The translations under genes were made by a program, and so were the position numbers. 64,000 nt of DNA from Candidatus Saccharimonadales bacterium (lineage in GTDB: Bacteria; Patescibacteriota; Saccharimonadia; UBA4664; DATIHN01): NCBI GenBank assembly GCA_035480635.1, contig DATIHN010000016.1, positions 562-64,561 on the forward strand, in the 5' to 3' direction. Positions within the stretch are counted from its first letter, which is position 1. Every line of letters starts with the position of its first letter. The notes below the pieces were generated by a model, which was given only the letters and a program-made list of their open reading frames with translations, was not told the origin of the DNA and ran no database searches. Shown here piece after piece: positions 10,598-24,566 of the stretch.

Positions 10598-10990
10598 TTG
10601 ACTGATTCGCTCGTTCTCACCAACAAAGGCAATTTGTGGATCGTGGACTCCACAAAAGAGCTATTTGATCCCAGTCGCCTGCCGAAAACACGCATCAGCG
10701 GCGAAGACGATCTAAGAGTTTTGGTTCGATCAGAGGCTCTTTCCTCGGAAGGCGACAAACTCGTTTTCGGTGCCGAGATGGGACTTTGGGAGCAGGTCAC
10801 CATCTGCTTCGATGTCGACAAACCGTCCCGGTTGGCTTTCGAGGTCGACGACGCAATAGATTCTGAGGTTGTTCGTTCGGCCTATAGGCAAGCATTGATG
10901 AATATATCGTTGAGCCTCGCGTTCAACTCCGATGAACCCTGGCAGGTAGAATTTCGCGACACGCCTGCAGCGGCTGAACTGCCGGCATAA
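10598..10990 (+). CDS. Hypothetical protein (130 aa).
   Basis: Upstream promoter and a downstream terminator shared with the next ORF. TTG start with a weak RBS. Confidence 0.35.
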   Translation: MTDSLVLTNKGNLWIVDSTKELFDPSRLPKTRISGEDDLRVLVRSEALSSEGDKLVFGAEMGLWEQVTICFDVDKPSRLAFEVDDAIDSEVVRSAYRQALMNISLSLAFNSDEPWQVEFRDTPAAAELPA

Positions 10991-11021
10991 ACAAGGTTTC
11001 TGCTACTGAAGGGATATCGAG

Positions 11022-11375
11022 ATGATCGCTATGGGTGGACAAGACATGGCAAAGGGATTCGATATCAGATTTCGTCCTCACTACGTGTCCGATCGCATGT
11101 ATACCTCAAGCGGCCGAAGAGTGAGACACGGTAGCGTCGCAGGCTGGATTACCCAAGACACTTTTTGGCTCTTTCGTCCTCAAACGTATACCAAAACCCG
11201 AAAGCCATATGTAGCCAAAATCGTTGTGCGTAACCACGAGCCCGTAGAGGTCTTTCGGCTAGAACTGGTAGGTGAAGTCACGGAGCTAGTACCTCGGATT
11301 CTTCTCTACTTGGAGGCTCCTCGCGTTTTGCAAAACGTAGTTGGGGGTTACCTCAAACGCATGGCCGCTGCGTGA
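11022..11375 (+). CDS. Hypothetical protein (117 aa).
   Basis: RBS-like AGGGA upstream. A strong terminator lies immediately downstream. Confidence 0.4.
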   Translation: MIAMGGQDMAKGFDIRFRPHYVSDRMYTSSGRRVRHGSVAGWITQDTFWLFRPQTYTKTRKPYVAKIVVRNHEPVEVFRLELVGEVTELVPRILLYLEAPRVLQNVVGGYLKRMAAA

Positions 11376-11379
11376 CATG

Positions 11380-11421
11380 CAGGCGTTCTCGCTCATGCGA
11401 GAACGCCTGTTTTACTTTTTA
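11380..11421 (+). terminator. Rho-independent terminator overlapping the dnaE stop codon.
   Basis: 12-bp perfect stem CAGGCGTTCTCG/CGAGAACGCCTG with a 6-nt loop, then TTTTACTTTTT. Confidence 0.7.
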
Positions 11422-14400
11422 AGCTACGGCTATGGCGTCTTGGCCCAGGAGGGCTTTGAGTTTATCAAGCAGCTGATCGCTTATAGTAACGCGAAAGGGC
11501 AGGCGGATTTTTTTGGCAGTGTCGCCCGCCACCATAATATAAGCTTGGCAATCGCCGGCGTTGGCGCTCAAAGTTTCTTTAATCTGGTTGAGGAGCGCTG
11601 GATCGGTTAGAGAACTAAGGTTGATGGTGAGCTGGTTGGCGACCTCGGCGGCAGCCGGTTGCGATTGCGGCATCGGCGCCTCATCAGTTGTTGGGTCAAC
11701 CGGCGGTTTTGTGGCGGCGTCCTTGTCATTTAAAGCGCGAGCTTTATCAACCATGACTTTGATTTCGCTAGTGGCCTGGCCAGCGCGATCTTTGGTACTG
11801 ATTTTACCAGCGACTTTAACTAATTGATCGGTTTGCCAAAGGACGGCATTTGCTTCATAGGCCTTCGGGAATACGATCAGTTCGCTATCGCCAGATTTAT
11901 CTGCCAGACCAACAAAAGCCATAGTATCGCCGTTTTTGGTGGTAATTTTGCGAACTGTCGTGATAATACCGCCAACGGTCACGCTCTGACCTTCCATGTC
12001 CGGCTTGAGATCGGCAATGGCGGTAGTTTGGCCAGCCAAGAAGCCTTCGTATCCATCCAGTGGATGGCGGGACAAGTAAAGTCCCAATAATTCGCGCTCC
12101 CAGCCCAATTGTTCGCTCAAATTGATGGCTTCTTCGGGTTCAAGCATGTGAATGCCGGGCATGGCCTCATCGGCGCCCATGGAGCCAAAGATATCGATTT
12201 GGCCACTCAAAGCATTCTTTTGAGCCTTAGTGGCATAGCTAGTGATGGCATCGAGGTTGTGGAGCAGATTGGTGCGTTCGCCAAAGCCGTCCATGGCGCC
12301 GCTTTTAATCAAGCTCTCCCAGACTTTACGGTTAACTTCGCTGGCACTAACTCGCTGGGCAAAATCTTCAATGCCGCTAAAGGGGCCCTGTTCGCGGGCA
12401 GCTAGGATGGCTTCGATAGCCCCCATGCCGACATTTTTAACGGCACTCAGGCCAAAGCGGATCTGATTCGAATTGGGGGTAATCCCAAATTCCAAGAAAC
12501 TCTCATTAATATCGGGCGCTAGAACGTTCAGACCCATGCGTTTACATTCATTAACTTCGATGGCAATGCGATCGATGTTGCCGTAATCGCTGGTCATCAG
12601 AGCCGCCATAAAGGCCTCTGGGTAATGGGCTTTCAAATAGGCGGTTTGATAGGAGATCAGGGCATAACAAGCCGAGTGCGATTTGTTAAAGCAGTAATCA
12701 GCAAAGCCCTCAAGCTTCTTCCAAAAGGCCTGGGCAAAGTCTTTAGTCACTCCTGAGGTTTTAACGGCACCGGAGACGAAGTCATGCTCCATCTTGGCCA
12801 TGGTATCGCGCTGCTTTTTGCCGATGGCCTTTCTAAGGGTGTCGGCCTGCCCACCACTAAAACCGCAGAAGTCCTGGGCAATCTGCATGACTTGTTCTTG
12901 GTAAACTAAGACGCCATAAGTGCCCTTGAGGGCCCGCTCCATCGAGGGGTGATCATAGCTGACTTGGCTGCGGCCGTTTTTGCGAGCGACGTAATCGTCG
13001 GTTAGCCCAGCGCTGAGTGGCCCAGGTCGGTATAGGGCGCCCATGGCAATGATATCGTCAAAGCCATTGGGTTTAAGATCCCGCAAATAGCGCTTCATGC
13101 CGGCTGACTCCAACTGAAAGACACCCGTCGTATCACCACGACTGAGCAGAGCATAGGTTGGTTTGTCGTCGAGCGGGATTTCGGCCGTGGAGATTGATTT
13201 GCCGTAAACTTTGCGGACGATTCTAAGGGTGTTATTGATAATAGTTAGGTTAGATAGGCCCAAGAAATCCATTTTAAGTAGGCCCAAATCTTCGATTGTA
13301 TGCATTTCGTACTGGGTCACAATGCCGCCCTTTTGGGCCCGCTGCAGCGGTACGAATTTAACGATTTCATCGGGAGCAATAACGACACCAGCGGCATGAA
13401 CCCCATTAGAGCGAATGGTGCCTTCCAGCTTGATGGCTGCATCAATCAGGCGCTTAGTCGATTGGTTACTTTTATATTCTTTTCTCAGATCTGGATCAGC
13501 CTTGAGGTCGCCCTTGGCTGGAGTTAGTCCAACTGAAACCGCCAACGGAATATGGCGCCCTTGGACTGGTTGGGGGATTAATTTAGCCACGATATCAACT
13601 TCGCCATAGGGCATGCCAAGAGCTCGACCAGTATCACGAACGGCGTTGCGGGCGGCCATGGTCCCAAAGGTCACAATTTGAGCCACCCGATCTTCACCGT
13701 ATTTTTCGACCACATAGTCGATGACTTCCTGGCGTCTGGTGTCTTGCATGTCGACATCAATATCCGGCATGCTGATGCGTTCAGGGTTTAAGAATCTTTC
13801 AAACAGTAAATCGTAACGCATCGGATCAATATCGGTGATATTTAGGGCGTAAGAGACTATCGAGCCAGCGGCGGAACCGCGTCCGGGGCCAAAAATTATA
13901 CCTTGGTTTTTACCCCAGTTAATAAAATCGGCCACGATCAGGAAGTAACCGTCATAGTTCATCTTGGCAATCACGCCCAACTCAAAGTCCAGCCGATCCG
14001 CCATTGCCTTGGGTACTACATCCAAGGTTTTAGCCTTGGTATAGCGCCCAATGTCCTCTTTGGGAATGCCGCCGTAGCGCCAGGCTAGCCCTTGGTAGCT
14101 GAGTTGATGGAGGTACTCGCGCTCGGTTTGCTCGGTTGGTACTGGGAATTTCGGAATGTGGATGCCGCCCAAATTGATTTCTACTTGGCAGCGCTCAGCA
14201 ATTCGACCGGTATTTAGAATAGCCTCTGGATCCCCAGCAAACCGTTTGGTGATGTCCTTAGGGTCGGTTAAATAAAGTTGCATGGCCATTGTCATGCGAT
14301 CGGCATCATCGACGGTTTTACCGGTTTGGACGCATAACAATATTTCGTGCGCCTCTCGATCCTCTGGTTTGCAGTAATGACTATCAGCCGTTACCACCAT

Positions 14401-15036
14401 CGGGATGCTGGTTTCGGCCGCTAGTTTTCTCAGGCCCTGGTTAATGCGCTTTTGGAGGGGCCATTGATGCTCATGATCTTGGAGTTCGAGGAAATAATTG
14501 TCCGCACCAAAAGTATCCCGATACCATTCGGCAGTAGTTCTAGCGGCCGCCATATCACCATCAGTAATATGCTGAGCCACTTCTCCGCTGGCGCAACCCG
14601 ATAGAGCGATTAGGCCGCTACTATACTTACTAATTAGGGCCCGATCCAACCTCGGTTTGTAATAAAAACCCTCCAGGTGAGCCATTGAAGACAGGCGCAT
14701 TAAGTTCAAATAGCCCTCAGTGCTGGTGGCTAGCAATATCAGGTGGTAGGGGTTGGCATCAAGTTTACCCGATCGACTTTCCAACCCTCTCGGGGCAACG
14801 TAGGCTTCCATGCCAATAATCGGTTTGAGACCGCGCTCGTGGGCGCCATTGTAAAATTCAATGGCCCCAGACAGTGTGCCATGATCGGTCAGAGCCACAG
14901 CGGACATGCCTAGAACTTTAACTTGATCGAGCATTTCCGGAATTTTTTGCAAACCATCGAGTAAAGAGTAGTGGCTATGGTTATGCAAGTGCACAAAGTG
15001 GCTGGCCAGTTGGCCGCCAGCCGGTGGCTCAGACAT
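11419..15036 (-). CDS. dnaE: DNA polymerase III alpha subunit.
   Basis: N-terminal PHP domain (HLHNHSHYSLLDG), polymerase core, and OB fold; 1205 aa. Confidence 0.95.
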   Translation of the reverse strand: MSEPPAGGQLASHFVHLHNHSHYSLLDGLQKIPEMLDQVKVLGMSAVALTDHGTLSGAIEFYNGAHERGLKPIIGMEAYVAPRGLESRSGKLDANPYHLILLATSTEGYLNLMRLSSMAHLEGFYYKPRLDRALISKYSSGLIALSGCASGEVAQHITDGDMAAARTTAEWYRDTFGADNYFLELQDHEHQWPLQKRINQGLRKLAAETSIPMVVTADSHYCKPEDREAHEILLCVQTGKTVDDADRMTMAMQLYLTDPKDITKRFAGDPEAILNTGRIAERCQVEINLGGIHIPKFPVPTEQTEREYLHQLSYQGLAWRYGGIPKEDIGRYTKAKTLDVVPKAMADRLDFELGVIAKMNYDGYFLIVADFINWGKNQGIIFGPGRGSAAGSIVSYALNITDIDPMRYDLLFERFLNPERISMPDIDVDMQDTRRQEVIDYVVEKYGEDRVAQIVTFGTMAARNAVRDTGRALGMPYGEVDIVAKLIPQPVQGRHIPLAVSVGLTPAKGDLKADPDLRKEYKSNQSTKRLIDAAIKLEGTIRSNGVHAAGVVIAPDEIVKFVPLQRAQKGGIVTQYEMHTIEDLGLLKMDFLGLSNLTIINNTLRIVRKVYGKSISTAEIPLDDKPTYALLSRGDTTGVFQLESAGMKRYLRDLKPNGFDDIIAMGALYRPGPLSAGLTDDYVARKNGRSQVSYDHPSMERALKGTYGVLVYQEQVMQIAQDFCGFSGGQADTLRKAIGKKQRDTMAKMEHDFVSGAVKTSGVTKDFAQAFWKKLEGFADYCFNKSHSACYALISYQTAYLKAHYPEAFMAALMTSDYGNIDRIAIEVNECKRMGLNVLAPDINESFLEFGITPNSNQIRFGLSAVKNVGMGAIEAILAAREQGPFSGIEDFAQRVSASEVNRKVWESLIKSGAMDGFGERTNLLHNLDAITSYATKAQKNALSGQIDIFGSMGADEAMPGIHMLEPEEAINLSEQLGWERELLGLYLSRHPLDGYEGFLAGQTTAIADLKPDMEGQSVTVGGIITTVRKITTKNGDTMAFVGLADKSGDSELIVFPKAYEANAVLWQTDQLVKVAGKISTKDRAGQATSEIKVMVDKARALNDKDAATKPPVDPTTDEAPMPQSQPAAAEVANQLTINLSSLTDPALLNQIKETLSANAGDCQAYIMVAGDTAKKIRLPFRVTISDQLLDKLKALLGQDAIAVA

Positions 15037-15093
15037 GTTGGTCCCCTTTCGCTACTAATAATAGCATAAGCGAATTGTTAGAAGAGTTGGTTT

Positions 15094-15609
15094 TTAGTCT
15101 TCGCTGGAACCGTTTTTCTCGAGTTCTTCTAATCGTTGAATGGCTTCTCCAGCGGGCTCGGGATTGCGACGCAACTTGGATTTAGCCGCCCGCATCAGCT
15201 CCTTAGTCACCTGCTCAAGTTCATTCATCAGAGCTGCGCCTTCGTCCATCATTAGTCTAATGCTTGCAAGGGTGGTGTCTTTGGTTTGCTTGCCAGATTG
15301 GGCTAGAGTCTTAGTGGAAGCTCGCAAATCCTGTTTCATAACCTCAGCGCGGGCGATCAACCCCTGACTTTGTTGGCGCGCCTCAACCCCCAAATCTTTA
15401 GCTACCTCACGTAGGACCTCAACCTTATCGCCAATTTGATGCTGCATTTTACTGGCGTTTTTGGCCACATCCCCGGTAAAGTCTTGGGTTTTACGCCTAA
15501 TGTCGTCCCGGGTTTCTTTGCCGCTCTTGGGTGCTAGCAGGATGCCAGCGATTAAACCAATTAGGAAACCAAAAATCGAACCCCTAACTAAATGATCGCG
15601 CTCACTCAT
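15094..15609 (-). CDS. YtxH-domain membrane protein.
   Basis: GFLIGLIAGILLAPKSGKETR motif and a coiled C-terminus. Start chosen at MSERD after a GGAGGG RBS. Confidence 0.6.
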   Translation of the reverse strand: MSERDHLVRGSIFGFLIGLIAGILLAPKSGKETRDDIRRKTQDFTGDVAKNASKMQHQIGDKVEVLREVAKDLGVEARQQSQGLIARAEVMKQDLRASTKTLAQSGKQTKDTTLASIRLMMDEGAALMNELEQVTKELMRAAKSKLRRNPEPAGEAIQRLEELEKNGSSED

Positions 15610-15868
15610 TTGACCCTCCCTTTTTAGTCTTATTGCGACTTTGTTTAACAAAAACGGCTACAACCGAAGAAATTATAGCTGGAATGAGTCGCTTACTCAT
15701 AGTTTTGGCGGTTTCACTAATATTGTTTGTGGTTTCTTCTATTTTATTACTAACGCGCGAAAGGCTTTGCAAAAGCTTAATTAGCAAGCTTACCATTACA
15801 ATCGAGCAAACTAACAAAACAAACAGCGTGACGCTCAAAATTATAACCAAAATCTCGTAGGCGTTCAT
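15602..15868 (-). CDS. Small membrane protein, DUF948-like.
   Basis: N-terminal TM helix and a charged tail. Adjacent to the YtxH gene as in the Firmicutes general-stress pair. Confidence 0.45.
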   Translation of the reverse strand: MNAYEILVIILSVTLFVLLVCSIVMVSLLIKLLQSLSRVSNKIEETTNNISETAKTMSKRLIPAIISSVVAVFVKQSRNKTKKGGSNE

Positions 15869-15933
15869 ATATCTACCCTATACCTTTAGAGCTCGAGGCT
15901 GCAAGCGTAAGTTGGATATGATTGCAAACCGAT

Positions 15934-17352
15934 TTAGGCTTTGAGCTTTGTTGCTAAGATCTCGTTAACCATGGTCGGGTTGGCTTGCCCGGCACTGGCC
16001 TTCATAACTTGCCCGACTAGAAATTTGTGAGCCCGCTCTTGGCCCGCATGATAATCAGCTACCGCCTGGGGATTCGCCTTAATAACTTGATCCGCGATGA
16101 CTTCGAGCTGAGTTTGGTCTGAGACTTGAGGTTTGAGGTACAGACCGACATCTTCGCCGCCCAAGACGACTGGATTAATGGCTTGTTTAAACATGGTCGC
16201 AGAAATGGTTTTCTTGGAAACGGCCTCGGCCAGCTTTGCCAGATGCTGTTTTTGGTTATGATTTAGAGAACCATAAGCTTCCCGCAACTTTTGATCTTGC
16301 TCCAGTGTTAGTGCGACCAGGGCTTGGTCCTCTGTGCTCTTGAAAAGCTGATTACTTACATCATTTAAATAGCCGAGAACTGCCTCTGGGCTATTGACGA
16401 GTACCTCGCGGCGGGTATCAGCCAGACCCAGTTTAGATAGCTCCTGGCGAGCATTATTTGGTGTCATTAAGTCTTGTTTAGCTTCAGCTAGCATCTCTTT
16501 GGTCACTACAATCGGCGGCAGATCTGGTTCTGGAAAATAACGATAGTCATGAGCTTCTTCTTTGCTCCGTTGAGATATGGTTTGGCCTTTGGCCTCGTCC
16601 CAACCTCTGGTTTCTTGGATGATTTTTTGGCCTTTTTCAAGCAGTTCGGTTTGACGCTTAATTTCATAAGCCACTGCACGCTCGACCGCCCGAAAACTAT
16701 TTAAGTTCTTAGTTTCCGTCCGAGTCCCAAGTTGCTGGCTACCCTCCGCTGCCAAACTGACGTTAACATCAAAACGCATATTACCGTGATAGAGATCAGC
16801 ATCTGAAACTTTGGCGTATCGGACAATGTTGTAAATTTCTTGAGCATAGGCCTTGGCTTCGGCGGCTGAATGCAGGTCTGGCTCGGACACGATCTCCATC
16901 AATGGCGTACCGGCACGGTTGAGATCAACCAATGAATAATCGGCCCCCTCTGGGTGGGTCAATTTGCCGGCGTCCTCCTCTAGATGGGCTCTGGTGATAC
17001 CGACCTTAACTCTTTGGCCTGCCAGTTCAAATTCAACTGAGCCTTGGCCAACAATCGGCTGATCAAATTGAGAGATTTGATAACCCTTGGGCAAATCGGG
17101 GTAAAAGTAATTTTTGCGGTCAAACTTGGTGGTAGCCGCAATCTGGCCATTCAGCGCCATCCCGACCCTTAGGGCCAATTGAATCGCTTGGTGATTCAAG
17201 ACCGGTAAGGTGCCGGGCAGTCCCATGCAAACCGGACAGACCAAGGTATTGGGCTTGGCCTCCCGAGCGTTATTATCACAGGGGCAAAACAGCTTTGATT
17301 TAGTGGCCAGTTGGACGTGAGTTTCAATACCAATGCTGGGCTGATAATTCAT
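15934..17352 (-). CDS. gatB: Asp/Glu-tRNA amidotransferase subunit B.
   Basis: GatB core and C-terminal GatB/YqeY domain. Confidence 0.9.
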   Translation of the reverse strand: MNYQPSIGIETHVQLATKSKLFCPCDNNAREAKPNTLVCPVCMGLPGTLPVLNHQAIQLALRVGMALNGQIAATTKFDRKNYFYPDLPKGYQISQFDQPIVGQGSVEFELAGQRVKVGITRAHLEEDAGKLTHPEGADYSLVDLNRAGTPLMEIVSEPDLHSAAEAKAYAQEIYNIVRYAKVSDADLYHGNMRFDVNVSLAAEGSQQLGTRTETKNLNSFRAVERAVAYEIKRQTELLEKGQKIIQETRGWDEAKGQTISQRSKEEAHDYRYFPEPDLPPIVVTKEMLAEAKQDLMTPNNARQELSKLGLADTRREVLVNSPEAVLGYLNDVSNQLFKSTEDQALVALTLEQDQKLREAYGSLNHNQKQHLAKLAEAVSKKTISATMFKQAINPVVLGGEDVGLYLKPQVSDQTQLEVIADQVIKANPQAVADYHAGQERAHKFLVGQVMKASAGQANPTMVNEILATKLKA

Positions 17353-17777
17353 CTCAGTGCCCCCAGATCCCGAAGAGCCTGGCCGAAGGCCGCCAATGCC
17401 CCTTTGGCATGCGATGCAACTAGGTCAAAGCTAACCTCGTGAGCCAGATGGTTGCGCAGCTTGTGAGCCTGCCAGACGTCTTCTTTATGACTCAAGCGAC
17501 CCTCGACTCGTTTGAGTCGCTCGGCCATAGTCTCGCCTGGTGTGCCCAGCTGCTTTAGAGCGTAATCAAGCAATTTATCAGCTTCTGAGACGGCATTGCG
17601 CAAACCCGAACCACTCTCAGTTGCCATCTGTTCGATCGTCTGCCAACGGGCCCGAACTAAATCATAATCAATAGTGCCTCGACTGACCCCGCCAGACCGC
17701 GGCTTGGATCGACCCCTAGTTACTACTGCCAGTAGGGCAAATCCAGCCAGCAAAACTAATAACAATCCCCAGATCAT
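17349..17777 (-). CDS. Hypothetical membrane-anchored protein inserted between gatA and gatB.
   Basis: N-terminal TM helix. Overlaps gatA and gatB by 4 nt at each end. C-terminal LRNHLAHE fits an Rx4H pattern. Confidence 0.55.
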   Translation of the reverse strand: MIWGLLLVLLAGFALLAVVTRGRSKPRSGGVSRGTIDYDLVRARWQTIEQMATESGSGLRNAVSEADKLLDYALKQLGTPGETMAERLKRVEGRLSHKEDVWQAHKLRNHLAHEVSFDLVASHAKGALAAFGQALRDLGALR

Positions 17778-19216
17778 ACTCGAACCCCAGGTTTAGCCTT
17801 GAAATCAATCAGTCCCTCAACCTCCATAGCTAAATCCAGAAGTTGTCGCTCACCTTTTTGGGGACCAATTAGTTGCAAGCCAATCGGCAGATTCTGATCT
17901 AAACCGGCCGGCAAGCTAATGGCCGGTAGTCCCGCCAAACTAGCCGGCACCGTCATCGCATCCTCGAGGTACATCGCTAACGGGTTTTTGTGGCTACCCA
18001 GCGCAAAGGCAGCCGATGGGGCGGTTAATCCGATCAGAGCGTCAAATTTCTGAAACAACTGATCAAATTCTTGAATAATTAAAGTCCGGACCTTTTGAGC
18101 CTGGCGATAATAAGCTTCATAGTAACCGCTGGAGAGAACGTAAGTGCCAATTAAGATTCGCCGCTTGGCTTCGGCCCCAAAGCCTTGGTCGCGGCTCAGG
18201 CGATAGGTCTCGTCCAAAGTCTTGGCACTAGCATCACTAAAGCCAAATTTAACTCCATCGTAGCGCTCCAGATTCGAGCTGATTTCGGCGGGCACCAAGA
18301 TGTAATAGCAAGCCAGGGCTAGATCAACCGATGGCAGACTAACTTCATCAACGCTATATCCACTGGATTTGAGTTTGGTGATAGTTTCGGTAATTACAGC
18401 TTGAATATCCGGATCAGCTTGATCGTAGAGTTCCTTGACTAGGGCTAGTTTGCCTTTGCCTGGCGACTGGGTATCAGTATAGCCAGCCGAGTCTTTTTCA
18501 ATCGTTGTAGAGTCCTGGGGATCTAGGCCGGAAATCACATCTAGAACAAAGGCGGCATCGCCGACATTTCGGGTAATCGGACCAATGCAATCGAAGGAAC
18601 TGCCCATAGCAATGACGCCATTCCTGGAAACCAGCCCGTAGGTCGGTTTCAAACCGACCACACCACAGAAGCTGGCTGGCTGGCGGATCGACCCACCAGT
18701 ATCGGTGCCAAGAGTAAAGCTGGCCAACCCCAGTGCTATGGCGGCCGCTGAACCACCGGATGAGCCGCCTGGTGCGAGGTGCTCATCCCAAGGGTTTTTG
18801 GTTGGACCAAAGTCGCTGTTTTCGGTTGAAGCTCCATGACCAAAGGCGTCCAGATTGGATTTAGCCACCAGAATCGCACCTTCGGCCTCAAGTTTATTAA
18901 TAACAGTCGCTTGATATGGCGCCTCAAAATTTTTCAGGATGTTACTAGCGGCCGTGGTGTGGATACCAAGCGTCAGGAAATTATCTTTGGCAATATAAGG
19001 GATGCCGGCCAAACGCCCTACCGGTTTGCCCAATTTGATGGCCGCATCAATCGCCTGAGCCCGCTCAAGAGCTTGCGAGTTAAGAGCCAAAACCGCATGG
19101 TAATTATCAGCCGACTTAATCGCGGCCAGTGATTCTTGGGTCAAACTGACGGCGCTGATTTGGCCACTTTTGACTGCGGCTGCCAGTTCCTCGATTGGAC
19201 GGTCTAAATTGGTCAC
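17774..19216 (-). CDS. gatA: Glutamyl-tRNA(Gln) amidotransferase subunit A.
   Basis: Amidase signature GGSSGGSAAA. Confidence 0.9.
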   Translation of the reverse strand: MTNLDRPIEELAAAVKSGQISAVSLTQESLAAIKSADNYHAVLALNSQALERAQAIDAAIKLGKPVGRLAGIPYIAKDNFLTLGIHTTAASNILKNFEAPYQATVINKLEAEGAILVAKSNLDAFGHGASTENSDFGPTKNPWDEHLAPGGSSGGSAAAIALGLASFTLGTDTGGSIRQPASFCGVVGLKPTYGLVSRNGVIAMGSSFDCIGPITRNVGDAAFVLDVISGLDPQDSTTIEKDSAGYTDTQSPGKGKLALVKELYDQADPDIQAVITETITKLKSSGYSVDEVSLPSVDLALACYYILVPAEISSNLERYDGVKFGFSDASAKTLDETYRLSRDQGFGAEAKRRILIGTYVLSSGYYEAYYRQAQKVRTLIIQEFDQLFQKFDALIGLTAPSAAFALGSHKNPLAMYLEDAMTVPASLAGLPAISLPAGLDQNLPIGLQLIGPQKGERQLLDLAMEVEGLIDFKAKPGVRV

Positions 19217-19503
19217 AGCACCCGCCGGACTTTAATGTAGCCATCCTGAGTCGCTGGAGCGTTTTTTAACAGTTCAGCTTGAGTCAGCTGACTCGGTACT
19301 ACTTTATCGGGTCGCCAAACGTCTCTTAATCCTGTGACTTGGCTAGTCTCGATTACCCCAGTGGTATCAACTGATTGTAATTTATCGACCATGCCAACTA
19401 TGGCATCCAAGTCGTGGGTTAAGTTTTTAACCTCCTCGGGAGACAGGCCAATTTTAGCCAGCTCAGCCAGTCGCCTAACTTCATTTTCGTCAATCTTAGA
19501 CAT
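19213..19503 (-). CDS. gatC: Amidotransferase subunit C.
   Basis: 96 aa with a GatC-like sequence, sitting upstream of gatA. Confidence 0.8.
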   Translation of the reverse strand: MSKIDENEVRRLAELAKIGLSPEEVKNLTHDLDAIVGMVDKLQSVDTTGVIETSQVTGLRDVWRPDKVVPSQLTQAELLKNAPATQDGYIKVRRVL

Positions 19504-19532
19504 TGGTGTAATTGTACAATCCTATCCTGTTT

Positions 19533-23039
<3,507 letters not shown>

Positions 23040-23043
<4 letters not shown>

Positions 23044-23930
23044 ACAGCCTGCTCCATTTTGTGCAGGCGGGCTACTCGCTCATCGATCGGTGGGTGGGTG
23101 CTAAAGAGCGAGGCGATGGCACCGCCAATGCCCCGATTCCCCAGCGGGCTAGATATAAAGAGGTGGGCGGTGGCGGTGGAGGCATGTTCCATCGGTTTGG
23201 TATAAGTTGCGATCTTTTCCAGAGCACTGGCTAAGCCCTCTGGGTATCTGGTTAGGAGTGCCCCGGTGGCATCGGCCAGAAACTCTCGCTTTCTCGAAAC
23301 AGCTAATTGCAACATCATGGCCACCAGGGGCGCTACAACGGCGGCAATCAAACCGACAATCATCAAGGCGCCGTTATTATCGCCGCCACTATCACTATCG
23401 CCAAAAAAACTCATCCGCAAAAACCAATGACTAATCAGACTAACAACCGTCACTAGAGCCAACACCACCGCCATCAGCCGAATGTCGTAATTTCCAACAT
23501 GACTCATTTCGTGAGCAATCACACCCTCGAGTTCAGTTTCGTTCATCATGGCGAGCAGCCCCCTGGTGACCGCCACATGGGCATGGTTGGGATCCCGCCC
23601 AGTTGCAAAAGCGTTTGGCGCCGGATCGTCGATGATGTAGATATCCGGGGTTGGCAGCCCGGCGGTGATGCTCAAATTTTCAACTACTCGATAGAGCTCC
23701 GGGGCATCAGCCTTGACGATCGGTTGAGCCCCTGAGAGAGCCAAGGCCATGCGAGCTCCAGAATAGTAACTAAAGATGGCATAAACAATTGCAAAAACAC
23801 TTAGGAACACCAACAGCCCGGGACGGTTGAAGGCTAGCGACAAGATCCAGCCAAAGGCCACAATGAAGACCACAAAGCCAATCATTAAAACAACGGTTTT
23901 GACTTTATTCTGGGTGATAGCGGTGTACAA
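23040..23930 (-). CDS. htpX: Zinc metalloprotease HtpX (M48).
   Basis: HEMSHVGNYD HExxH motif and N-terminal TM helices. Confidence 0.85.
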
Positions 23931-23959
23931 GGTCGGCTCCTAAAATTAGATTTATAGAG

Positions 23960-24520
23960 CTAAAACTTGACTGCAACCGGTTCGGCAATGGCAGCTTCGT
24001 TGTCGACCTCAAAGAATGTTTTGGCTGAGAAACCGAGGGCCTTCGCAAACAGATTAGTTGGGAAGACTTGCTGCTCGGTGTTGAAATCTCGAACGTTGGC
24101 GTTGTAAAAGCGCCTCGAAGCTTGGATTTTATCTTCGGTATCAACCAACTCTTGCTGTAACTGCAAGAAGTTTTGGTTGGCCTTAAGGTCGGGGTAGTTT
24201 TCGGCCACCGCAAACAAAGATTTAAGCGTGGCACTCAGTTGATTATCAGCTTTAGCCAGACCGTTTAGATCATTTTGGCTGACCCCCATGGCGGCAGTGC
24301 GCGCTTTGGTGACGTCCTCTAGCACCGTCTTTTCGTGGGCAGCGTAGCCTTTAACGGCCTCAACAATGTTGGGGATCAGATCGAAGCGGCGCTTCATCTG
24401 GACGTTAATATCGCTCAGGGCCTCATCGGTCCGGTTGCGAGATTTGATGAGCCCGTTGTAGGCCATCCACAGCCACCCCAGGACCAAGATAACAATAATT
24501 ACAACAATCCATAAAAGCAT
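23960..24520 (-). CDS. lemA: LemA-family protein.
   Basis: N-terminal TM helix plus LemA-like sequence. Conserved lemA-htpX neighbourhood. Confidence 0.8.
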   Translation of the reverse strand: MLLWIVVIIVILVLGWLWMAYNGLIKSRNRTDEALSDINVQMKRRFDLIPNIVEAVKGYAAHEKTVLEDVTKARTAAMGVSQNDLNGLAKADNQLSATLKSLFAVAENYPDLKANQNFLQLQQELVDTEDKIQASRRFYNANVRDFNTEQQVFPTNLFAKALGFSAKTFFEVDNEAAIAEPVAVKF

Positions 24521-24566
24521 AATATTATCCTTTGCTTATGGGTATATTATAGCGCTGCCGGGCTAA

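Noticed and set aside
10507-10821. 104-aa minus-strand ORF in the rplS-dnaE spacer.
   Set aside because: The plus-strand promoter and terminator favour the plus-strand ORFs. This frame has no signals.
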